The notes beneath the pieces are model-generated. The model saw nothing but the letters and a program-made list of their open reading frames with translations, did no database searches and was not told the DNA's origin. The translations under genes and the position numbers were made by a program. This document shows, in pieces, positions 29,978 through 39,293 of a DNA stretch of 64,000 bases (positions are counted from its first letter, which is position 1; each line of letters starts with the position of its first letter). Source of the stretch: a virus. Location: the IMG/VR virus record IMGVR_UViG_3300037961_005428, positions 1-64,000 of that record. One strand, written 5' to 3'.

Positions 29978-30673
29978 ATTCCTTTCGTGACATCGTTTTG
30001 TCGTTCGGGTGTGCGAGGCGATGTCGTTGGTGTCGCTTTCGCAGGGTCATTCGTTCTTCGGCTTCCCGCATGGGTCGGCCTTGGTATCTCATGCTTACAG
30101 TTCTCATTGTCCATTTCTTTGCCATGTTCATTCCTCCTCGTACACTCCATGATACTTGAGGTAGCAGTCCGTGCATACCTCCATGTGCTCGTTGTCTTTT
30201 CCGACATGGATGATGTACCGCTCACCTGCAAGGTGGCATTGTTCCGACTCGTTCATGTGACAGTGGCTCTTACTGAATACAATGGGTTCACTGTTTTCCC
30301 CCATGTCTTTTTCAAATGGTACAGGGTTGTACCATGTTACGCAAGTGTCGCATCCATCCCATCTACTCATTCAATCAACTCCAGTATGAATACCATCTGT
30401 CCGTCGCTATCAGTCGTAAGACCGATAGGGTATGCTGTTCCGTGTCGTGTTTCAATTGGTTTCATTCTACCACTTCCTTTCTGTCAGCGTACTCGCCGCC
30501 GTTGTCCATCATGTCAGCGAAGCACCAGTTCTTGAAAGCCAAAATGCTGTCGTGCATGGATAGAATCTCCCAGTCGTAGCAGTAGATGTACCGCATACCT
30601 TTGTGCTTCACAGCGTATTCTTTCATAGGTTCGTGCTTTGTTTGTAAGTATATCTCGTATGCTGTCGGTCCAA

Positions 30674-31534
30674 TCATTCTTCTTCATCTCCTATCAGTTC
30701 AGTCCAAACAGCACACCAACTTCGGGCGGCTGTCTCAGCGAGTCGGATGGCAGCGACGGTGTCTTCCCAGCAGTCCTCAACCACATTCGGAATGGCCGCA
30801 GCGATGGCTTCACCAGTGAATCCATCACGCTTGAGAGTGCTGACACTCATGGCGCTCCGCATGTAGTCAAGAATGTCAGCGTCAAACATGACAGGGTTCG
30901 GTTTGAGGATGGGTATACTGTTCTCCCAACGGCTGACCTCCTTGCGCTGTAAGAACATCGTGTAGTCAACCCAGTTCCAGTGCAACCCGTTGCTGTTGCC
31001 TTGACTGATGGTGACAAGGTGTTGCTTCACATGGTCACGAATGTACTCCTCAGTCACCCTTTCCTCGGTGAATCGTCGTAAGTTACGCAATGTGTTCTTT
31101 TCGTAGTTGAGTTTGAGGCGGCGGACACATTCGTTTACCTGTTGTCGGAACACGGTGTCTTCGCCACGCTCGGCTCGTTCTTTGAGGTAGCACTTGAGGC
31201 CCTCAGTTGACCCGTAGTATGACAACTTGCCACCGTCAATGTAGTTCACGATGTTGAATTGATTGCGTTTGTATGTAGCGTACACACCACGAAGGTTGCC
31301 CACCAGTTTTACGCCGGGCTCGGTGGCCATCATCAGTGTTCCCTTGCGTTTGCTGGACCAATGGACAGTCGTCCTTGTGAACCAATAGTCTCGGTACTCT
31401 TCGCACAAAGCGAGAGCCGCCTGCAATTCGGCGAGGTCTTTCTTGTCCCAATCGTGATAGGCCAAGAGGGTTTCAATCGCCTCTCTTAGTTGCCCGTCTT
31501 CAATTTTCGTGTATCTCATGTTTGCTTTTGCCAT
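30674..31534 (-). CDS. hypothetical protein (286 aa)
   Basis: Long ORF; GGAGGAATGAAACATG junction. Confidence 0.7.
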   Translation of the reverse strand: MAKANMRYTKIEDGQLREAIETLLAYHDWDKKDLAELQAALALCEEYRDYWFTRTTVHWSSKRKGTLMMATEPGVKLVGNLRGVYATYKRNQFNIVNYIDGGKLSYYGSTEGLKCYLKERAERGEDTVFRQQVNECVRRLKLNYEKNTLRNLRRFTEERVTEEYIRDHVKQHLVTISQGNSNGLHWNWVDYTMFLQRKEVSRWENSIPILKPNPVMFDADILDYMRSAMSVSTLKRDGFTGEAIAAAIPNVVEDCWEDTVAAIRLAETAARSWCAVWTELIGDEEE

Positions 31535-31547
31535 GTTTCATTCCTCC

Positions 31548-32117
31548 TCAATAATCAGTTGACCATACATGTCCGTTGCTGAATGTGAAGTAGTGGCGCA
31601 GGTCTGCGTACCAATATCGGTTCCAGTCAATGTAGCGGAGCAGTGGGTTGTCGTCGTCCGTGTACTCGCATATGTAAGCCCAGTCCTCAGCGAAAGCCTT
31701 GCGTGATTCATACTCACCTTGATAGCAATCTTGCCACACTTCTTCGGGGTCGTCGTATTGGTTGCCGCAGTGATTGTACCACTCACGGAAGCCATCGCCG
31801 TGTTCCTCAATGAGTCGCATGGCTACGATGAGTTCGGGGATGTCGGGGTGCTCGCTGCAATTAATGTATTCGCTGTCGTGGATAGCCCATTCGTCGTGGT
31901 GTTCTTTCTTGCATGCTGTCATGGGATAGAACCCGCTTGTGAAGCATCGCCCTTCTCGTTCCCACTCGGCCTCCAGTTCGTCAGCGTCCATCCACTTGCC
32001 GTGGTATCGTCCTTCGTTGTAGCATGCAAGGCAGGCCACATAGACCCGTGGGATGTCGTCGTTCTTCTTACCCAGTGATGGGTGCAGTTGTTCAATGTCT
32101 GTGTCAGTCATGTTCAT
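31548..32117 (-). CDS. ardA: ArdA-family antirestriction protein
   Basis: RVYVACLACYNEG..HGKW.D, EWAIHDSE, YQGEYES...FAE, YIDW..Y..DL. Confidence 0.85.
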   Translation of the reverse strand: MNMTDTDIEQLHPSLGKKNDDIPRVYVACLACYNEGRYHGKWMDADELEAEWEREGRCFTSGFYPMTACKKEHHDEWAIHDSEYINCSEHPDIPELIVAMRLIEEHGDGFREWYNHCGNQYDDPEEVWQDCYQGEYESRKAFAEDWAYICEYTDDDNPLLRYIDWNRYWYADLRHYFTFSNGHVWSTDY

Positions 32118-32797
32118 TCCTCCTCTTCCAGTTTAGTTGTGAATACAATCTCGTAACCATCCTCGCTGACCTCGTAGCACAGTTCATTGGCGTGCTCGTC
32201 CCAAGCAACGGCTCGGCCGTACAGATTGAAGTGTTCAACGAGGTCAACAACAGCATCATGTAAGTATTCACGGACTTCGTTAGCGTCGCCTTGAGGCATG
32301 TCGCACAAGGAGTATGACTTTGCTACCTCAATTCGCTGCAAGGCTGAGAGCACACGGTCCCTGCTTACCTGTTCACGCTCAGCCATGCCTTGGAAGTTGC
32401 GACGCAGTTGCCAGCCAAGGTGAACACGCTCGTCGCCGATGGCTCGCTGTGCATTCTCAACCATGGTGTCAGCCATGACCTCAAGGAACTCTTGGTCAGT
32501 CCTGCTGCCGCAGTTGGTAGACCAGTCTGCGTCAGCCATCCGTTGCACGAAGTTGATGTCCGTGACATACGGCTTGAGTTCATTCCAAGTGTCGTCCACA
32601 TGACAGGCCATACAGAAGCGAGCGTGGGCTTTCTCCACCGTCATCACTTCGTCTGTTCGCCAACTGACACGGCGACCGAAGTCGCTCACACCAGTCACCA
32701 TGCTGAGAATCCCCATCCCGAATGAGTTGGTGATACCTAACTCCTCTTTTGTGAATCCCTTTTCCGTTCCGTTCTTTATTCCTACTGTCATTGGCAT
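32114..32797 (-). CDS. hypothetical protein
   Basis: ORF track; coupled junctions. Confidence 0.65.
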   Translation of the reverse strand: MPMTVGIKNGTEKGFTKEELGITNSFGMGILSMVTGVSDFGRRVSWRTDEVMTVEKAHARFCMACHVDDTWNELKPYVTDINFVQRMADADWSTNCGSRTDQEFLEVMADTMVENAQRAIGDERVHLGWQLRRNFQGMAEREQVSRDRVLSALQRIEVAKSYSLCDMPQGDANEVREYLHDAVVDLVEHFNLYGRAVAWDEHANELCYEVSEDGYEIVFTTKLEEEE

Positions 32798-32864
32798 GTT
32801 TCATTCCTCCTCTTCTTGTTGTTCTTTCATTTGCTTGCGCATGATATCGTAATGGTCGTCTTCG

Positions 32865-33056
32865 CTCATTCTAATTCCTCCGAGTGTGATTCGTTCATTC
32901 GCTTGACCTCGTCCAGCAACGCAAAGGCCACCGAGATGGCTGCATTGGTACTGGGTTGATTGAATGGGTTGATACCGTCAACCAATATGGCCTGCATTTT
33001 CTTCAATTCTTCCGTCGTGTATCTCATTCTAATTCCTCCGAGTGTGATTCGTTCAT
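32865..33056. repeat. 34-nt exact direct repeat (32865-32898, 33023-33056) flanking a small gene
   Basis: ctcattctaattcctccgagtgtgattcgttcat twice. Confidence 0.9.
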
Positions 33057-33229
33057 GCGAATAACTGTCGCTCTGCGCTGTTTGAAATCCATTCGCAGTT
33101 CAATGTAGATTTCTTCACCGCATACGGTGCACTCGTACCACAGTTGGGTAAGTCGCTCGTCTCCGGCTGCGTCGTTCAAATCCATATGGCTTCTCGCATT
33201 GTTTTCGTGTTTGCATTCTTCTGTCATGT

Positions 33230-34111
33230 TCAGTCCCTCCACATGGTGATGGTTCCGTTTTCGCTACGCTCGTAGGATGTGTAGCCACCCTCTCGCATCG
33301 TGTTCCACAAGTCAGCCTCGGCTCGGCGTCGTGCCTTCTCCTCGGCCTTGCCTTCGGGCGTTTGTAGGTAAGCGAGGTGAGCCTTCCACTCAGCGTCGTC
33401 CTTGGCTCGCTGGAAATCCTTGAAGGTGATGTTGTGTCCGTTGAACATCGCTGTGTTGAAGTATTCTGCATCGGACAACCCTGTGAACAGGAAGTGCTGG
33501 GCGATGGTGGTGCGCCCTTGGTAGTCGTAGATTTTCCAGTGCCGCACGGCTGACCGCCAAGACATGTGCTTGGGGCGTGCGCCGTTGCGAAGGTAGTCGC
33601 ACATGGCGAACAACATCTTGGCGGCTTTCCTCGCACGCTCTTGGTTGTACTCATTGACCTCGTCGTCGTCGGGGTCGGTGAACTCGTGCAGGAAAGTGGA
33701 AGGGTATTTCTTCATCGCCTGTTGTTCAACCGCAATCTCTTCCGGTTCCGTAGCGATGGAGAGGTACACCTTGTCGGTCATATCGTCCCGTGGTCTGTGG
33801 GGGTAGCCGTACATGTTCTTGATGTCCTGTACGAACTCGCTGTGCAGAAGTTCGGACATCATCGCACCCTCTGCATACTGGTCCTCAATGCGCCACTCGT
33901 AGCCCATGTTGTTCCATTCCTCAACCTCGTCCCTGTCCCAGTGGATAGAGCCATCAGTACAAAGGTAGGCAGGTATTGTGCCCTCCAACACATCAGCAAT
34001 CTGTGCATTGATGCTGTCCCAATCGCTGTGAAGAATCTCCACCATCTCAAAGTGGCCGTCTTCGTAGTCGTCGTCGTGCGTCTCGCTTCGTCTGTATATC
34101 ATTGTCGCCAT
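33230..34111 (-). CDS. hypothetical protein (293 aa)
   Basis: ORF track. Confidence 0.7.
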   Translation of the reverse strand: MATMIYRRSETHDDDYEDGHFEMVEILHSDWDSINAQIADVLEGTIPAYLCTDGSIHWDRDEVEEWNNMGYEWRIEDQYAEGAMMSELLHSEFVQDIKNMYGYPHRPRDDMTDKVYLSIATEPEEIAVEQQAMKKYPSTFLHEFTDPDDDEVNEYNQERARKAAKMLFAMCDYLRNGARPKHMSWRSAVRHWKIYDYQGRTTIAQHFLFTGLSDAEYFNTAMFNGHNITFKDFQRAKDDAEWKAHLAYLQTPEGKAEEKARRRAEADLWNTMREGGYTSYERSENGTITMWRD

Positions 34112-34124
34112 GTTTCATTCCTCC

Positions 34125-34979
34125 TCAGTAGTATTCTTCTCCCCAACCATGGTCAAGGCGCATGTTCAATTTGCCAAACATGGTGAGGAATAAATCGTCT
34201 GCGTCAAACGACTCCTTGATGTCGGTGTCGTCGCCGTACCCCATCCATACTTCTTGCTGGCACAGCACTACCATCTCACCGGGTGAGTCGTGGGAACCGT
34301 GCGTCTTCGTGATGGTGAATAGGATGGGGCTGTTATAGCCGCCGATGCCGTCGTCGCCGCCTCGCCAGTTGTAGACCTTGAGTGTGTAGTCAATGTTGCC
34401 GGGCTTGGTGAACTGCACTGCCCATCGTGGATGGATTGAAGACCAGTCCGTGCGACGGCGGTGGGTGAAGTGAGTGGCAAACCAGTTCATGAACTTCTCA
34501 GCACCCACGGCTGGGAGAATGTCGTTGAGGTACCACTGTGGCTGCACTGGTGGAGCAGGCTTACCGTTCTCGTCCATGAAGGGGAAGAACCAGCCCTCGT
34601 GATGGGACTGGGTCGGTGGTCGCAGGTCAAAGAGTGAGTAAGTGTTTACATAGTCGGCGTCGTCCGCTTTGTCCAGCCAGTGTTGCATTCGGTCTACCAA
34701 GGCTGAACGGGTGTCGCCAGTCCACTCATGGCTTGAGCGAGTAGCGGTGATTTCACCCGTGTAGATGTCTCGGTGTGCGACGCCGTAGACTCGTGATGCC
34801 AGCCAATGCTTGCCGCCCTCGGTGCATTCACCACAGCACCAGTTGTAGCGTGGTCCGTAGCCCATGTCCAGCATGGCCATGGTCGTTGTGTCCATCATGA
34901 ACGCACGCTTGGGTGGCTCATCGTAGGCTCGGTCGCAGTTGCAGCAGATGTGTTCTGTTTGTTGTTCGTTCATGTTCAT
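34125..34979 (-). CDS. hypothetical protein with N-terminal Zn finger
   Basis: CCNC...CCGEC. Confidence 0.7.
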   Translation of the reverse strand: MNMNEQQTEHICCNCDRAYDEPPKRAFMMDTTTMAMLDMGYGPRYNWCCGECTEGGKHWLASRVYGVAHRDIYTGEITATRSSHEWTGDTRSALVDRMQHWLDKADDADYVNTYSLFDLRPPTQSHHEGWFFPFMDENGKPAPPVQPQWYLNDILPAVGAEKFMNWFATHFTHRRRTDWSSIHPRWAVQFTKPGNIDYTLKVYNWRGGDDGIGGYNSPILFTITKTHGSHDSPGEMVVLCQQEVWMGYGDDTDIKESFDADDLFLTMFGKLNMRLDHGWGEEYY

Positions 34980-35332
34980 TCCTCCTCTTCTAATCCAAGG
35001 GCTTCACGCAGGACAAAGACCTTCGCTTGCAGTTCCCCGTTCTCTTTTACCAGTGCTATCTGTTGTTGAAGCAGGTTGCTGTGTTTCTTTAGTAGTTCAA
35101 TGTAGGCCTTTGCGTACATCATGTTTCATTCCTCCTCGTGAATTGGAAAGCCGTGTATTGCCATCAATCTGTACGCATCAATTGCGTACATAGCCCGGCG
35201 CAGTCTCGCCATCGCAGACCGGTGTTCATTTGCCAATGCAGTGTATGCGTCAAGCAGGTCTTGGTATGCTTGGTCTTGTCCGTCGTATTCTGTCATGTTT
35301 ATGTCTCCTTATAAAGTGTGTAAATTAGATGG

Positions 35333-35540
35333 CTCGCAGTATCAATTTTGCAGGTTCATGCGGAGTATGCAATGCACGATGCAATATTGGAATCGTTTGT
35401 ACTATTGTTCACTATTCTTCCTAATATATATTATAACAATCTCTTAGGGTATAGTGAACAATGAGGATAATACCACGGTGAAATGTTTCTACTTCATGCA
35501 ATGCATACTCTGCACAGACCGCAAAAAGGGACACTGCGAG
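35333..35540 (+). ncRNA. ~208-nt rod-like imperfect palindrome, candidate structured ncRNA (or cruciform)
   Basis: Nested stems 35333-40/35533-40, 35346-56/35517-26, 35359-79/35494-514, 35404-15/35451-62; promoter core TCTCCTTATAAAG at 35304-16. Confidence 0.55.
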
Positions 35541-36067
35541 GCTGTGAGGACTACTTCGTCCAGTAGTCAAAGCCGTCATCAAGGTAGCCTGCTTCGGCAA
35601 GGTAGTCCTCAGCGAACTCCTTCGTCGTGAAGTATTTGCTGTACTTGTCAGCGCCGGGCTTGTTGAATTGGTTGCACACCTCTTGCAGCGAGAGGTTGAT
35701 GCGAGACACAGTCCCTCCACCGAAGCCGTCAAGTTCTGCAATCCATAGCGTTATTCTGTTCGTGTTCATCGGTCATTCCTCCAGTTCTCGCATTTCTTCA
35801 ATTGTCCATGTTGCCTCGCAGGGCGGGAACATGCAATGCCAGTCGGGCATGATTGGTGAGTCTATGAGCGGGCTTCCGCAGTTCGGGCAGGTCTTTACTT
35901 TCGTCATTCATTCACCACCCACGAGTCGCAGGTCCAGTATGTTGTTTCGTAGTAAGCCATGTGCCATGGGCGAGGTCGTCCTGCCATCACCCATTCTTCC
36001 ATCTGCTTTGACCATTGCTTCATGTGTGCTTTCCATTCTTCGGGGCTTAGGTTTGTTCTTGTCATGT

Positions 36068-36400
36068 TCATTCCTCCGTGTCGTAGAGTTGCCGAGCCAA
36101 GTCCAAAGTGGCCTCGTCAAATCTCTCCTCCATGTCCGGTCCCTCCTTGAAGAACTCAATGTAATAGTCACGATGTTCTTGGAGCCACTTGAGGAAGTGA
36201 AGCGAATGAAAGTTCCACATTCCTACAAGTGATTGAGGGAAGTCTCTATGATAATCGTCCATGACCTTGTTTGTCCTTGACACCATCCAATCGTATAGGT
36301 TGAGTGGTGATTCACGGGGTTCGCCCGTTATCTCTTCTAAGAGTCGGTCAATTTCTTTACCTGCTGCTTCGTTGTATTCTGTGTCTTTGTCTTCTGTCAT
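36068..36400 (-). CDS. acidic hypothetical protein
   Basis: RBS GGGAG upstream; ORF track. Confidence 0.6.
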   Translation of the reverse strand: MTEDKDTEYNEAAGKEIDRLLEEITGEPRESPLNLYDWMVSRTNKVMDDYHRDFPQSLVGMWNFHSLHFLKWLQEHRDYYIEFFKEGPDMEERFDEATLDLARQLYDTEE

Positions 36401-36732
36401 GTTTGCATCTCCCTATAGTATGCGTAGCCTTGACTGGCTGTGTGAATCGGATGGCCCCTCGGAGGGGGTGAGGATGGTCGGGGTGTGGGTGGCGCTGCGG
36501 CAATCCCCGCAGTAGGGCTGCGAGTTTGGTGTCCTAAACACACCCCAGTTGGGTCAGCCACCTGCCCCATCCCTCCGGTATCACTCCGGTCGGGCGGGGC
36601 AGGCGACTGCCTGTCCTGTTCTTGGTGTTCGCCAAGTCGCTTTGGCATCTCAGCCGGTTGGTTCCGTGGTATGCACCCCACGGGGTGGCGGGTACGGGCC
36701 CCCACTGGCCACACATGTTTGAGTGTCTGTGC

Positions 36733-37296
36733 TCACTGGGTTCGGACGAAGCGGAGGGCGGCTTCCTCGGTGTAGCCAAGGGCCACGAGGTCGTCCACCT
36801 TCTTGCGGATGTCATCGGGCAGGGCTGCGGTGTCGTGAACCACAGGCTTGCCGTCGGCGGTCAAGAAGCCAGCAGCGACTGCCTCCTTGATGCTCATGCC
36901 GTCGGGGATGTGGCCACCGTTGCGAACCTTCATGGCTCGGAACTCGTCTTTGCTGAGAAGGCGACCCTTGCCGCCCGGTGTCCATGGGTTCTCAGCCTTG
37001 TGGATGGCGTGGAGAAGCCATGCCATGTGGCTGCTGGTGCTCTTGGGGCCGTTGCCGAAGCCCGCTGAGCGAGGCTCGGTGATGGTGGCGGCCAATTGCT
37101 TAGCGTCGCCCACGACCAGTGCCACGGCGATGGCCTTGGCTGATGGGTGGCTGATGCCCAGTTCGTTCGCACGAACGAGCACGGCTTTCACCTGCTCGGT
37201 CGCTTCGTCTCGCTTAGCAGCGCTGCGACCTCGGAGGGCCTTGGCGGTCTGCTCAACGGTTGGCTCGGTTGCGTCTCGGTATTCTTGTGCGCTCAT
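36733..37296 (-). CDS. Ala-rich early protein
   Basis: ORF track; coupled to upstream gene. Confidence 0.7.
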   Translation of the reverse strand: MSAQEYRDATEPTVEQTAKALRGRSAAKRDEATEQVKAVLVRANELGISHPSAKAIAVALVVGDAKQLAATITEPRSAGFGNGPKSTSSHMAWLLHAIHKAENPWTPGGKGRLLSKDEFRAMKVRNGGHIPDGMSIKEAVAAGFLTADGKPVVHDTAALPDDIRKKVDDLVALGYTEEAALRFVRTQ

Positions 37297-37793
37297 TGTT
37301 TCACTTCCTTCATGTTGGTTGGTGCTGGTGTGCTCGCCACGACTGCGGTCATGACGGATTGGAATGCTGCCTCTGCGGTCGTCATCATTGGCACGCCGTT
37401 CACGGTGGCATGGCTGTTGATGGCGATGGCTCGGTCAACAGCACGGCGACTCGGTCGGCTCAAATGCGTCGGTGGTTTGACCTTGAGGCCGGGTATGACG
37501 CTGTCCGTGGGGAACTTGGGTGCGGGCGTGCTGTCGGCAACATGCACGAACTTGCGTGCGTTGGCTGCTTTGGCCTGCTCGTTCCAGTAGTCCCGCTTGT
37601 CGTATCGCTCGTTGCGGTTGGCCTTGGCGGTCATGGCTTCTTCGGTCGTGTGCTCGTGGCCGCAGTCTTGGCAGACATACACCGTGCCGTCGGTCGTGCC
37701 CTTGGGGTTGAGGTCCCCACGGCACAGACCGCCTCGGCGGTGTGTCTGCTCGCATGCGTCACGGATAGGCTTCAATTCATACTTGGTCTTCAT
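37293..37793 (-). CDS. first early gene, Zn-finger protein (start MKTK 37793)
   Basis: GGAGTG RBS; C..C, CQDCG. Confidence 0.65.
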   Translation of the reverse strand: MKTKYELKPIRDACEQTHRRGGLCRGDLNPKGTTDGTVYVCQDCGHEHTTEEAMTAKANRNERYDKRDYWNEQAKAANARKFVHVADSTPAPKFPTDSVIPGLKVKPPTHLSRPSRRAVDRAIAINSHATVNGVPMMTTAEAAFQSVMTAVVASTPAPTNMKEVKQ

Positions 37794-37920
37794 CTTATCA
37801 CTCCTGTGTATGTGTGCCCATCCCCACACCTTCGGGCTGGGGCGGGCACACCCACACCCCAGCGCAGGGCGGGGGGATGGGTGCACCGGCCTCCAAGCGG
37901 AGGGGGAAGGACATTGAGGG

Positions 37921-37946
37921 ATTGTTTCAATCCTTTATAAAGAGAA
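37921..37946 (-). promoter_or_regulatory. variant early promoter at head of early region
   Basis: TTCTCTTTATAAAGGATTGAAACAAT resembles the 28-nt consensus. Confidence 0.65.
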
Positions 37947-37956
37947 GTCCAAAAAG

Positions 37957-38460
37957 GCCGACTCACAAAACAGAGCAGAGAGCCTTTACCCACACAGCAC
38001 AGCAGGGCTTTACGGGACATTGAGAAGCGGAACGCACACCCATATCGGTGGGGCTTGTCCCCCCAAACAAGCGACGGCGACTCGCACGGGGCAGGGTAAA
38101 GCCCTCACATCACAGGGGGCCAACTCACACACCACGAACCACAGCGGGGCGACTCACACGGGAGAGCCGTCCCCCTGTGCCAACACAGAGAGCCGACTCA
38201 CACGGGGCGGCGGCGAGGGCGCACGAGAGATTCTATAGACCGCTACCCTGCGAGGCTGTTAGCCCACCCCATGCGAGGCGGCTGGCCTTACGCACGAGGC
38301 GGCTGGCTGTGCCGTGTGAGCCGGCTGACTCGCACGACGCACCCCGTTCTATAGACCGTGCGACTGAGGGGCTTTACCCAAAACGGGCGAGGGCTTTACC
38401 CCGCCGCCGCAGGGGGCTTTACCTTAGCCGGAGGAATGGCTTTACCCGCCGGCTTTACCC
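37957..38460. repeat. iteron-like repeat cluster at strand switch (candidate origin or packaging/terminus site)
   Basis: GGCTTTACC x5 plus variants, GACTCRCAC-like x6, TTCTATAGACCG x2. Confidence 0.7.
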
Positions 38461-38559
38461 TCCTTTAACCACACACGGCGCTCCACCAAAATTTTGCTCA
38501 CAGGCTTAGGGCCCTAAAAATTTCACAATTTTTTTTAAGTCAGCCCGCCTCCGATAGTC

Positions 38560-38823
38560 ATGGCTCAGCCGATGGACATCGCTTGGATGGTGTTGAAGCA
38601 AGAAGGCTATGAGGACTATGTGGACCCTACATTAGACCAATCCTCAAGTTATTATCCCCCAATCCAACCTTCGGCACCAAGTCCGGAGCCACAGGAGTAT
38701 TTTTCTTTACCTCAAAGCCCGCAGGCCCGCCTTATGAGACTGTATTCAAAGGCACAGTCTGTTGGCTACGCTAATTTGACAGATGCAGAACGGGACGAAA
38801 TAAGAGCACTGGGTGGTATGTAA
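38560..38823 (+). CDS. AW..LK-tagged protein
   Basis: MAQPMDIAWMVLKQ. Confidence 0.75.
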   Translation: MAQPMDIAWMVLKQEGYEDYVDPTLDQSSSYYPPIQPSAPSPEPQEYFSLPQSPQARLMRLYSKAQSVGYANLTDAERDEIRALGGM

Positions 38824-38825
38824 GC

Positions 38826-39293
38826 ATGCATTCGCTTGAACAGGCTTGGTCTGTCCTCAAGCAGTATGACCCTCAGCGGTCCCTGCATGGGCGCTCGGTC
38901 ATGTTTCCACAGATGCGCTCACCTACTGTAATAGTTGAGAACCGACAAGTAGGTCGGGATGGACTCCCTTTGCATACTTTGGGTAGAAACCGCGCTTCCG
39001 GCGGCTATTCACAGATGGACCCCAAGTACAAGGGCCTCTTTACACCTTATCACGAACAAGACCTACCGGGCCCGCTTCATGAAGTGAGGTTCCAGCATCA
39101 GCGTAAAGGCCGGAACCTTACACCCGATGAGCGGCTTGTCCGAGTAACGGCTGACCGCAACCAAGCGATTGACCGGGCCAACCAGTTCCACCAAGACCGC
39201 ATTGATGCCATGCAGAATTTGCCCGAGCCCGGCAGTTTTTCACGGCCTCCCAACCCGGACTTCAATCCCTTCACGATGTCCGGTGGTCAATGA
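38826..39293 (+). CDS. AW..LK-tagged protein
   Basis: MHSLEQAWSVLKQ. Confidence 0.75.
   Translation: MHSLEQAWSVLKQYDPQRSLHGRSVMFPQMRSPTVIVENRQVGRDGLPLHTLGRNRASGGYSQMDPKYKGLFTPYHEQDLPGPLHEVRFQHQRKGRNLTPDERLVRVTADRNQAIDRANQFHQDRIDAMQNLPEPGSFSRPPNPDFNPFTMSGGQ

Noticed and set aside
35241-35741. ORFs overlapping the long palindrome
   Set aside because: Atypical composition; the genuine gene appears to be 35551-35769, ending just outside the rod.
38020-38509. ORFs across the strand-switch repeats
   Set aside because: Low-complexity translations of repeats, no RBS; likely non-coding.
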